Shown here in pieces: positions 8,426 to 16,823 of a stretch of DNA of 64,000 bases. Numbering within the stretch: position 1 is the stretch's first letter; the number at the start of each line of letters is the position of its first letter. Under the pieces are notes generated by a model. That model was not told the origin of the DNA, ran no database searches, and saw only the letters and a list, made by a program, of their open reading frames with translations. Position numbers and translations under genes: made by a program. The stretch is from an uncultured bacterium (GTDB lineage Bacteria; Chlamydiota; Chlamydiia; Chlamydiales; CAZBXE01), in the NCBI GenBank assembly GCA_964496125.1, contig CAZBXE010000004.1:3707-67706 (forward strand), given 5' to 3'.

Positions 8426-10360
8426 ATGGGGAAGAATGTCGCGCAAAAACTGATAGAGAGCCATCTTTTAAACGGAAAGATGATACCAGGTGAGCAAATT
8501 GCTCTAAAAATTGACCAAACGCTTACGCAAGATGCAACAGGCACCATGGTGATGCTTGAACTTGCCGCTATGGGTTTAAAAAAGGTCAAAACGGAAGTCT
8601 CTGCGCAATATGTAGATCACAATCTTCTTCAAACTGATTTTAAGAATGCGGATGACCATCTCTTTTTGCAATCGGCTTGTAAAAAGTTTGGCATTTGGTA
8701 CAGCAGAGCAGGTAACGGTGTCTCTCACCCGGTGCATATGGAGCAATTTGGGATACCTGGAAAAACCCTTCTTGGTTCCGATAGCCATACTTGCGCAGGT
8801 GGGTCCATGGGCATGCTTGCCATTGGAGCTGGGGGTTTAGAGGTTGCCCTTGCAATGATGGGAGAGCCTTTTTATCTGAAAATGCCAAAGATTGCTGGTG
8901 TAAAGCTTGTGGGTAAACTTCCCCATTGGGTAAGCGCTAAAGACGTTGTTTTAGAGATGCTAAAACGCCACGATGTTGCAGGAGGGGTCAACAAGATATT
9001 CGAGTATTTTGGGCCAGGGCTTAAATGCCTTTCTGCTATGGACCGGCATGTGATTGCTAACATGGGGCAGGAGATGGGGGCTACGACAAGTGTGTTTCCC
9101 TCTGATGAAGAGACGCGTAAGTTCTTAAAAGAGCAAAATAGGGAACAAGACTGGAGAGAGCTTGTCGCGGATTTGGATTGTACCTATGATGAAATGGAAG
9201 AGATTGATCTCTCTGCCCTTGAGCCGCTGATTGCTCTTCCAAGTAGCCCGGGTAAGGTCGTGCCCGTTCGTGAAGTCGAGGGGCTTCCGATTTACCAAGC
9301 CATGATTGGCTCTTCAGCAAATCCAGGTCTTCGTGATTTTTTGATTTCTGCGAAAATGGTGGATGGGAGGAAAGTATCTTCTCATGTTTCTTTTGATGTG
9401 AACCCAACATCCCGCCAGATTTTAGAGAATCTTGCCAACTCGGGAAATCTTTCCTCTCTAATTACAGCGGGCGCACGGATTCACCAGGCAGGATGCAATG
9501 GTTGCATAGGCATGGGACAAGCGCCAGCAACCGATCGGATTAGCCTGCGAACCGTGCCTAGAAATTTTCCAGGGCGCTCAGGGACAAAAGAGGACCTTGT
9601 GTACCTTTGCAGCCCGGAGACGGCAACCGCATCGGCTTTGACAGGAAAAATTACAGATCCAAGAGCGCTCAAGCAGCCCTACCCGTCTCTTGAATTGAAG
9701 AAACATGTGGTGCTAACGCGCGACCAGGTGTTTGATAAGCCAGATGAGCTGGATATCAACGAGCTGATCATGGGGCCGAACATAAAACCGCTTCCTGAGT
9801 TTGAACCACTACGTGAAAAACTTGACTGTCCTGTGATTCTGAAGCTGGGGGATAACATTTCTACAGATGAGATCTTGCCTGCAGGGACACGTGTTTTGCC
9901 TTTTAGAAGCAACATCCCTGAGATTAGCAAGTTTACTTTTGATCAAGTCGATCCTGCTTTTTATAAGAGGGCCATGCCTGGGCGTGACCGGGGTTGGATT
10001 GTGATCGGAGGCTCGAATTACGGGCAGGGTTCAAGTCGTGAGCATGCAGCGATTGCTCCTAACTACTTGGGGGTAAAGGCGGTCATTGCGAAAAGTTACG
10101 CCCGTATTCACAGATCGAACTTGATTAACTTTGGCATTCTTCCCTTAACTTTTGTGCATCCTGCAGATTTTGATGCGATAGCGGGGGGAGATGAGCTCTT
10201 TTTGGATCACATTCATAAGCATCTAAAAGAAGGCCTGCCCTTTACGGTGAAGAATAAGACGAGGAAAACAGAGTTTCAGGCAAGTTTGCAGCTTGCACCT
10301 CATGAGTTTGAGATTATGATGCGAGGCGGCCTTGTCAACCTGATGCTATCAAGGACCTAG
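8426..10360 (+). CDS. acn: Aconitate hydratase, short (~640 aa) fused type
   Basis: 644 aa. Aconitase-family Fe-S ligand motifs GSDSHTCAGG and GCNGCIG are present, as is the swivel-domain GSNYGQGSSREHAA. An AGGAGG RBS precedes the ATG. Confidence 0.85.
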   Translation: MGKNVAQKLIESHLLNGKMIPGEQIALKIDQTLTQDATGTMVMLELAAMGLKKVKTEVSAQYVDHNLLQTDFKNADDHLFLQSACKKFGIWYSRAGNGVSHPVHMEQFGIPGKTLLGSDSHTCAGGSMGMLAIGAGGLEVALAMMGEPFYLKMPKIAGVKLVGKLPHWVSAKDVVLEMLKRHDVAGGVNKIFEYFGPGLKCLSAMDRHVIANMGQEMGATTSVFPSDEETRKFLKEQNREQDWRELVADLDCTYDEMEEIDLSALEPLIALPSSPGKVVPVREVEGLPIYQAMIGSSANPGLRDFLISAKMVDGRKVSSHVSFDVNPTSRQILENLANSGNLSSLITAGARIHQAGCNGCIGMGQAPATDRISLRTVPRNFPGRSGTKEDLVYLCSPETATASALTGKITDPRALKQPYPSLELKKHVVLTRDQVFDKPDELDINELIMGPNIKPLPEFEPLREKLDCPVILKLGDNISTDEILPAGTRVLPFRSNIPEISKFTFDQVDPAFYKRAMPGRDRGWIVIGGSNYGQGSSREHAAIAPNYLGVKAVIAKSYARIHRSNLINFGILPLTFVHPADFDAIAGGDELFLDHIHKHLKEGLPFTVKNKTRKTEFQASLQLAPHEFEIMMRGGLVNLMLSRT

Positions 10361-10383
10361 GCATAGACTTCGAATCAAATCAC

Positions 10384-10411
10384 TTGCTGAATATATGCAT
10401 ATCCGTATATA
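10384..10411 (+). promoter_or_regulatory. Candidate arsM-arsR promoter (TTGCTG-N16-TATATA) with palindrome ATATGCATAT in the spacer
   Basis: Read directly. The perfect 10-bp palindrome at 10393-10402 lies between the putative -35 and -10, about 40 bp upstream of arsM. The region is AT-rich, so chance occurrence is possible. Confidence 0.3.
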
Positions 10412-10449
10412 TGACATGAGTAACCCATCAAAAAAATAGGAGCCATGTT

Positions 10450-11313
10450 ATGGATCAGTGTTCTCATCCTCAAAGTGAGTTTGTGTACTATGTTGCCGCA
10501 AATAAGCCAAAAAATTCGGAAGACATTAAGAGAGAAGTGCGCTCTGCGTATGGCAGTGTAGCCAAAGCCGATAATCAGAAAAAAAGCTGTGGTAATGGGA
10601 GAAGTTGCTGCGGTGTTTCTGCAAAACCTGATGTCGGGTACTTGTTGGAGCTTGGATATGCAGCAGAAGATTTGGAGAGTGTCCCTGAAGGATGTAATAT
10701 GGGGCTTGGCTGCGGGAATCCTCAAGCAATCGCCTCACTTAAGCCAGGTGAAGTTGTGTTAGACCTTGGTGCAGGGGGTGGTTTTGACGTGTTTCTAGCT
10801 GCAAAGCAGGTAGGTGCAAAGGGAAAAGTATATGGTGTAGACATGACCCCTGAAATGATTAGCAAAGCGAGGGAGAATGCAGCGAAAGATAGGTTTTACA
10901 ACGTTGAGTTCCTTTTAGGAGAAATTGAGCACTTACCCTTGCCGAACAGTACGGTGGATGTGATTATCTCAAACTGTGTTGTAAATCTTTCGACAAATAA
11001 AGAGAGCGTCTTCAACGAGTCGTTTCGCGTGTTAAAAGAAGGAGGGCGCCTGGCGATTTCCGACATGGTTGCATATAAGCCGCTCCCACGAGAAATGTTG
11101 AATAACAAAGAACTCTATTGCAATTGTATTTCGGGTGCAATTACCATAGACCAACTTAAAATTATTTTAGCAAAGGCAGGTTTTACTCAGATCGAAATAG
11201 AACCTCAAGAAGCAAGCAAGATGTTTATTAAAGATTGGGTTCCTGGTTCAGATGCAGAAAATTTTGTCGTCTCTGCAAAAATTAAGGCTGTTAAACCGAG
11301 AGGATGCAAATAA
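10450..11313 (+). CDS. arsM: Arsenite S-adenosylmethionine methyltransferase
   Basis: 287 aa. SAM motif VLDLGAGGG. Cysteines sit in contexts matching the ArsM As(III)-binding residues (SCCGVS, GLGCGNP, ISNCVVN, LYCNCISG). AGGAG lies 7 nt upstream. Confidence 0.85.
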   Translation: MDQCSHPQSEFVYYVAANKPKNSEDIKREVRSAYGSVAKADNQKKSCGNGRSCCGVSAKPDVGYLLELGYAAEDLESVPEGCNMGLGCGNPQAIASLKPGEVVLDLGAGGGFDVFLAAKQVGAKGKVYGVDMTPEMISKARENAAKDRFYNVEFLLGEIEHLPLPNSTVDVIISNCVVNLSTNKESVFNESFRVLKEGGRLAISDMVAYKPLPREMLNNKELYCNCISGAITIDQLKIILAKAGFTQIEIEPQEASKMFIKDWVPGSDAENFVVSAKIKAVKPRGCK

Positions 11314-11654
11314 CGATGGAACCAAGCGCTTTGTTTTCCCTTTTATCGGATGAAACAAGGCTCCGCTGTCTCCTTCTCCTTATGCAGGAGAAGGAGCTTT
11401 GTGTTTGTGAGATTAGCCAAATCTTAGGAAGCATTCAGCCAAAGATTTCTCGCCACTTAGCTCAGATGCGAAGTCTCGGCCTTGTTGTAGATGAACGGAG
11501 AGGGCAGTGGGTTTATTATAGACTTCATAGGAATTTACCTGCCTGGGTGAAGAAAATCATTGAAAGCACAGTAGAGGGTCTTATCTTACTGGAGCCCTAT
11601 TGTTCCGATATAGAGAGGATACAAACTCTAAAAGAAGCGAATATCTGTTCCTAA
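11304..11654 (+). CDS. arsR: ArsR/SmtB family metalloregulator
   Basis: 116 aa. Contains the ELCVCEISQIL metal-binding/HTH motif and a winged-helix region. An alternative start at 11316 lies just after the arsM stop. Confidence 0.9.
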   Translation: MQITMEPSALFSLLSDETRLRCLLLLMQEKELCVCEISQILGSIQPKISRHLAQMRSLGLVVDERRGQWVYYRLHRNLPAWVKKIIESTVEGLILLEPYCSDIERIQTLKEANICS

Positions 11655-11662
11655 CCACAAAA

Positions 11663-13030
11663 TTAATGAGGGGCGTGTGCCATAAGAGGCGCAATTTCTT
11701 CCTTGCGTTTTTTAAGGAAGCGCAGGAGCATGATCACAGCAAAGGTAAAGCTGTAAAATGTCCAGATCTGCAGGGCCAGGAAAATATCTCCTTTCGGGAC
11801 TACGACAAAGAAGTATGTGGGAAGAACCATACAGAGGACAATCGAAAGACCACCTGAGATCATGATATAGGTGGTGTCTCCCATTGCGGTTAAGATACCC
11901 GTAAACACCCAGCGGATATGTTCAAAGATAAGATAGAGCGTTACGTAGCGTAGGGCAGTCTTCAGAAGAGGCAGCATCTCAAGTCCTTCCTCGTTTCCTA
12001 GGTAGAGGCGCAGGATGGGCTCTGGGTAGATGACAAGGCACAACGTGATGGGGATAAAGATTAGAATGAGCAGCTGAAAGCTTGCTGTCATGACTTCACT
12101 AATTTTTTCTGGTTTTTTCTTTCCGATGAGATTCCCAACAAGCGAGCACACCCCCTTCTCAAGTCCTAGTCCAAAGAAGATAAAGAGAAGAAGAATGCTT
12201 TGGGAAATGCCTGCAATCGAGATGTGAGTTTTGCCTATACTGCCCATCATTTGGTAGAAGAGCGCCCAGCTGCCAATTTCTACAAGCATAAAGAGAGCGT
12301 GAGGAAGTCCAACCTTAATGGCAGATTTCATCAACGCAAAATCAAAATACCAGTAGTGGGTGCCATAAACTTCCCGATGCTCTTTGTGTAAAAAGAGAGT
12401 AAACATCCAGGCCCATTGGGTCAAAATACCGATGGCTGTCGCGATGGCAGCCCCCGCTATTCCAAGTTCTGGAATGATTCCGGGTACACCGAAGATGAGA
12501 AGGTAGTCAAGAACGATGTTAACCCCGTTGCCGAGGAAAGCAAGGACTGTGACGGGAAGAGTTTTTCCTCTGCCTATATAAAATGTGCAGAGGGCAGCGT
12601 AGCTTGTGCTAACGGGTCCTGCCAAAAGAATCCAAAAAAGGTAGGGGATTTGCTTCTCTGCGTCGGGCTGGTCAGCAATCAGCCATTCAGCTCCGATAAA
12701 CGCCATAGGCAGAAAGAAGACAACGGAAATAAGGGAAACCCAGAGCATTTGCCATACTGGCTTTCCGATTTCTTCTTTTCTTCCAGCTCCTTGGAGTCTT
12801 GCTACAAAAACAGTGCCGATTCCAGTGAGAGCTTGCCAGCCAAGAAAGAAAGCTCCAGCAAGCGTTCCGGCTCCTACGACCGCGTTATGCGCATCCATGG
12901 AATAATGAGAGAGGAAGATTCGGTCTACAAAGTTCATCATCATAACGGAAAGAAACGAGAGCATCAACGGGTAGGATACTACCCAAAGGTCACGTAAGAT
13001 GTTTGATCCAATTTTGTGTGGGGATTCCAT
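11663..13030 (-). CDS. MATE family efflux transporter
   Basis: 455 aa, about 12 TM helices. MATE-like N-terminus (LWVVSYPLMLSFLSVMMMNFVDRIFLSHYS) and the internal repeat organisation of the family. Confidence 0.85.
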   Translation of the reverse strand: MESPHKIGSNILRDLWVVSYPLMLSFLSVMMMNFVDRIFLSHYSMDAHNAVVGAGTLAGAFFLGWQALTGIGTVFVARLQGAGRKEEIGKPVWQMLWVSLISVVFFLPMAFIGAEWLIADQPDAEKQIPYLFWILLAGPVSTSYAALCTFYIGRGKTLPVTVLAFLGNGVNIVLDYLLIFGVPGIIPELGIAGAAIATAIGILTQWAWMFTLFLHKEHREVYGTHYWYFDFALMKSAIKVGLPHALFMLVEIGSWALFYQMMGSIGKTHISIAGISQSILLLFIFFGLGLEKGVCSLVGNLIGKKKPEKISEVMTASFQLLILIFIPITLCLVIYPEPILRLYLGNEEGLEMLPLLKTALRYVTLYLIFEHIRWVFTGILTAMGDTTYIMISGGLSIVLCMVLPTYFFVVVPKGDIFLALQIWTFYSFTFAVIMLLRFLKKRKEEIAPLMAHAPH

Positions 13031-13032
13031 AT

Positions 13033-14700
13033 CTAAGACCTGTTAGAGGAAGAGAGAGTAACGTATTTTATATACCTTGCCGCTTCGAAACTTAACACGT
13101 GTACTCCCCAGTTTAAAAGAATTTTTTCAAGTTTTTGCACTTGTCGTCCTTCTGTAAATGCTACTTGTATGTCACGACCGAGTAGTGCTTGTCCTTTTAC
13201 GAGTTTCTCATTTTCAATACCAGACTGACATGATTCAGGGTTAAGTGTGCAGGATCCAAAAACGACTGGAAATTGTTGGTTAAATAGCGATTCTTCTTCC
13301 TGTGTGAAGTTTAAAGGTTCTATGATTTCATCAAAAAGATGAAGGACGCTCTCCATTTTTTCATAATCAGAAACAAGGTGTCTGTTGATTTCTGGACTCT
13401 CATCAATTTCGATTTGTTTCTGTACAAGAGCTCCATTGACAGAGGGAATGTTAATTTTGTCATAAGCAAAAAACCTGGATGACCCTTCTTTGTCAAGAAG
13501 AACAGAAATGTTGTTTCCAGAGATTTTTTTCACAATAACGTAGTACGGGATCCGTTCTTTAAAGCGTTTAATGATAACTGGTTGGCCAATGGTAAGTGTT
13601 TTCGCGTCTTTAGCAGGCTCTCCTGTTTCCATGGCCGGAGTGCCAAGAAGCGCAGTTGCGGTTTTTGTAAGGGTTGGCTTTTGCTGTTGTGGGATCGTGT
13701 TCAATATTGACTGTAAGTATGTTCTTAGACAAGCAATTTTTTCTTTTTCACATCCCATCAGTAATAGCCGCATCAACCCAACTTGTATGTCATAAATTTG
13801 GAAATCGAATGCTTCGGGTTTATAGATAAAACGACTCAAAGACGAGAGTGTTTTCTCTTTGTCATATCCGAATCCGTTGAATGATGCATAGATCATACAG
13901 GTTGTGAGTCCTGTCAATTCCATTCCGGAAATAGCGTTACTATTGATTGCACCCTCACTTATATGGCTAAGCTCGCCGGAGAAGGGAACTATTTTTCTTG
14001 ATGCTAGCAAGAGCCCAGGAGGAACAAGGGCAGGACGCTCCGAGATCTTTAACTTGTGTGTTTGGAAGAGAAGGGGAATTGTTGCGCTACTAGTACCGTT
14101 GATCCAAGTAATTTTGTGCTTTTTTAAGAGAAAGGAAGAGGTTTCTTTGGCTACTTCGCGTATTTTTTCGCAAAACATATTCCAGAGAGTAGGGTTTTGA
14201 CTGAGGAGAGATCTTTTCAGGTTCAGGATTTCAGGAATGTAGTGACTAAGATCGGTGTCTGGATTTGTAGATGCAGGGCTTGGAAGTTTAGCGACAGAGG
14301 ATTGAATAACCCCGCCAAGGAGGTCATCTGATTCATAGGTGCGTTGTTCGATATCTTTTTCTGATAAAATGGATAACAACCACTCTGTTATTTCAAGATC
14401 CTGGGTAACCTTGCTGCTTATCTCATCTGTGGGCAGAACCTCTATTTTGCTATTTTTAAGAAAGCGCAGAGCTAGTTTGTAATTGTCAATGTTGTACAAA
14501 GGGGTGAAGCCTTCTCCATTTGGCTTGGATAATACCCGAATTAGAGATTCCTTACTGAGTTCTTGGAGAGGGGAAATAGCCTGTGAAAACCGGGTAAAAA
14601 GATCGATTTTTTCGATACGAGCTAAGATATCAGGTTCTTTTTTGGGTGCTGGTTGTTGCAAAGTTGGTGATGTGGAGTTAGGGAGGGGGCTCGGAACCAT
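13033..14700 (-). CDS. Hypothetical protein (lineage-specific orphan; Pro/Ser-rich N-terminus)
   Basis: Uninterrupted 555-aa ORF. Its stop lies 2 nt before the MATE start, and an AT-rich promoter-like region lies upstream. No motif recognised. Confidence 0.6.
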   Translation of the reverse strand: MVPSPLPNSTSPTLQQPAPKKEPDILARIEKIDLFTRFSQAISPLQELSKESLIRVLSKPNGEGFTPLYNIDNYKLALRFLKNSKIEVLPTDEISSKVTQDLEITEWLLSILSEKDIEQRTYESDDLLGGVIQSSVAKLPSPASTNPDTDLSHYIPEILNLKRSLLSQNPTLWNMFCEKIREVAKETSSFLLKKHKITWINGTSSATIPLLFQTHKLKISERPALVPPGLLLASRKIVPFSGELSHISEGAINSNAISGMELTGLTTCMIYASFNGFGYDKEKTLSSLSRFIYKPEAFDFQIYDIQVGLMRLLLMGCEKEKIACLRTYLQSILNTIPQQQKPTLTKTATALLGTPAMETGEPAKDAKTLTIGQPVIIKRFKERIPYYVIVKKISGNNISVLLDKEGSSRFFAYDKINIPSVNGALVQKQIEIDESPEINRHLVSDYEKMESVLHLFDEIIEPLNFTQEEESLFNQQFPVVFGSCTLNPESCQSGIENEKLVKGQALLGRDIQVAFTEGRQVQKLEKILLNWGVHVLSFEAARYIKYVTLSSSNRS

Positions 14701-14814
14701 AGGAATTTTTTATGTTAATTTTCAAAAATAATATAAAGAATATATAGAGATTCTAATGTAATTCATAAAAATTAGCAACGGCAATCTAGATTGATACTTA
14801 GATACACAAATGAA

Positions 14815-15192
14815 CTAGATTTTCGCGATACAGGAGATTTCGATCGAGGCTCCGAGGGGAAGAGCGGCGACTTGGACCGTTTGCCTCACTGGGAAGGGTT
14901 CTTTAAAATATTTTCCATACTCCTCGTTAATGAGGGCAAACTGGGATAAATCTTGTACAAAGATATCGCAGCGGACAATGTTACTAAGACTTCCTCCGCT
15001 TACTTTTAAAATTTCTTTTATATGATTTAGCACTAGGGCTGTTTCTTTTTGTATGTCTCCCTTGAGGAGCTTTCCTGTGACTGGATCTATGGGAAGTTGT
15101 CCTGAAATAAAGAGATAATTGCCATCCAACAATGCTTGAGAGTAGGGGCCTATGGCTTGGGGTGCTTTATCGCTGTGGATTTTTTTTACCAT
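14815..15192 (-). CDS. ridA: RidA/YjgF family reactive enamine/imine deaminase
   Basis: 125 aa. Matches the family in the stretch APQAIGPYSQA...GQLPIDPVTG... Confidence 0.9.
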   Translation of the reverse strand: MVKKIHSDKAPQAIGPYSQALLDGNYLFISGQLPIDPVTGKLLKGDIQKETALVLNHIKEILKVSGGSLSNIVRCDIFVQDLSQFALINEEYGKYFKEPFPVRQTVQVAALPLGASIEISCIAKI

Positions 15193-15236
15193 AACTCTAG
15201 TGTAGCAAAAAAAAGATTTAATGAAATCCGTTAGGT

Positions 15237-16823
15237 TTATTTCATTTTGGTATAAAGGGTCAGGCCGGAGAGGCGCGAGCTTGTGAGGGCAAGGGTTTTA
15301 AGAAGCGTTTGCTTTGTCCCCAAGATCTCGATTGTTTTTCGGGCTCTTGTAACGGCCGTGTAGATCATTTCCCGGCCAAATTTTTCAGAGCCTTCCGGCA
15401 AAAGCAGGCGCACATGATCAAATTCGCTTCCCTGGCTTTTATGCACAGAAAGGCAGTACGCAAGTTCCCAACGTGGAAGGAGGGGGGGCGGGATTTTTCT
15501 ATTCCCAAATTCTGACCACTCCTCCCCTGTTCTATGATTTCTATAAAGTAGCCCGAGATCTCCATTGTAAACGTCGCGAGTGCTGTCGTTTTGTACAATC
15601 ATAATCGGTGTTTTTGTTATTTCTTGTCCGCGCTCTTTCTCCTCATGGTAGGCCTTGAGCTTTGCGTTTAATGCCTCTACTCCAAAGGGGCCTTTTCGAA
15701 GGGGAGTTAACAGGCAGGTATTTGGGAAATCTGTAAGGTCTTCATCCAGAGGTTTTAGTATAATCATTGAAGCAATTTTTTCTGGCGTTTCTTCCAAGAG
15801 AGATTTTGCAAGATGTTGCAGCGCCCTGTCATCTGTTCGTTTTGTTTGAGAGAGGGTAAGTGTAGGAGGGAGATCTTTGAAAAGGGCGCCTGCCTCTATG
15901 GGGGGAAGCTGGTGAGGGTCTCCCATTAAAATCAGCCTTGCGCCGTCTTTTACTTTGGAAAAAAGAGAGGCCATCATCGAGACGTCGATCATAGAAGATT
16001 CATCTACGAGAATAAGGTCGTATTCTAGGAGTTTTTCTTTTTTAAGAAGACTATGGAGGGTTTGCGCTCGCAGGTCGGGGAGCTGAATGGAGGCTTGAAG
16101 TGTTGAGGCTGCTTTTCCCGTAGGAGCTGCCAGGGCAACTTTAAGAGTAGGGCAGGTGTTGAGAAGTAGACGGATCAAATGGCCTGCCGTGTAAGTTTTG
16201 CCTGTGCCGGGTCCCCCTGTAATGAGGGTAAGAGATCGCTGTAAGGCCAGTTGTATGGCCTCTTTTTGCCCCTCTTCTAAAGACAAACCTTCTAAAGGTG
16301 CAAAAGGGAGCGTGATAGAGGGGATACTTGCTTTCAAGCGCTTGTAATGCGTGAGAAAGAGAGTTTCATCTTCCCAGTTTCTTTGGAGGTAATAGAAGTT
16401 TCCATATTTGCAAAAAGGCGTTGTTACATTCCCCGCTCTTTCCGCTCTTGTGGTCAGAAGTGTTTCTGGGAGAAGAAGAGCTCCTTGTTTGATTATTTCA
16501 TCAGGAATGGGTGTAGGAGCAGGTTCGATTTCTTCCCCTATAGAGACAGCAAGGTGACCCTCAAGTGAGGCCTTAAACAAAAAGCTTAAGAAAGCTGCCC
16601 CTTCAATCCCTATTTCAGGGTGATTTTTCCAAAAATTTTGAGTAAAAGTATAGACAGTTGGCTCAAGCGGAAAGGGAAAGGGCATGGTATAACTTTTGCT
16701 TTCAGGCAAAAGCCTTTTTCCCATTTTTTCTTCAAAAAGGCTTTCAGCAATCCCGTACATGGTAAATTCCGTTTTTCTGAGTTTTATCGATTCCTCTAAG
16801 GAAGAGATAATAGATCCCCTCAA
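15237..16823 (-). CDS. recD: Exodeoxyribonuclease V alpha subunit RecD
   Basis: 528 aa. Walker A GGPGTGKTYT, then LILVDESSM and SVHKSQGSEF. The annotated start overlaps recB by 80 nt, so the true start may be the internal M (MYGIAES, 16760). Confidence 0.9.
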   Translation of the reverse strand: MRGSIISSLEESIKLRKTEFTMYGIAESLFEEKMGKRLLPESKSYTMPFPFPLEPTVYTFTQNFWKNHPEIGIEGAAFLSFLFKASLEGHLAVSIGEEIEPAPTPIPDEIIKQGALLLPETLLTTRAERAGNVTTPFCKYGNFYYLQRNWEDETLFLTHYKRLKASIPSITLPFAPLEGLSLEEGQKEAIQLALQRSLTLITGGPGTGKTYTAGHLIRLLLNTCPTLKVALAAPTGKAASTLQASIQLPDLRAQTLHSLLKKEKLLEYDLILVDESSMIDVSMMASLFSKVKDGARLILMGDPHQLPPIEAGALFKDLPPTLTLSQTKRTDDRALQHLAKSLLEETPEKIASMIILKPLDEDLTDFPNTCLLTPLRKGPFGVEALNAKLKAYHEEKERGQEITKTPIMIVQNDSTRDVYNGDLGLLYRNHRTGEEWSEFGNRKIPPPLLPRWELAYCLSVHKSQGSEFDHVRLLLPEGSEKFGREMIYTAVTRARKTIEILGTKQTLLKTLALTSSRLSGLTLYTKMK

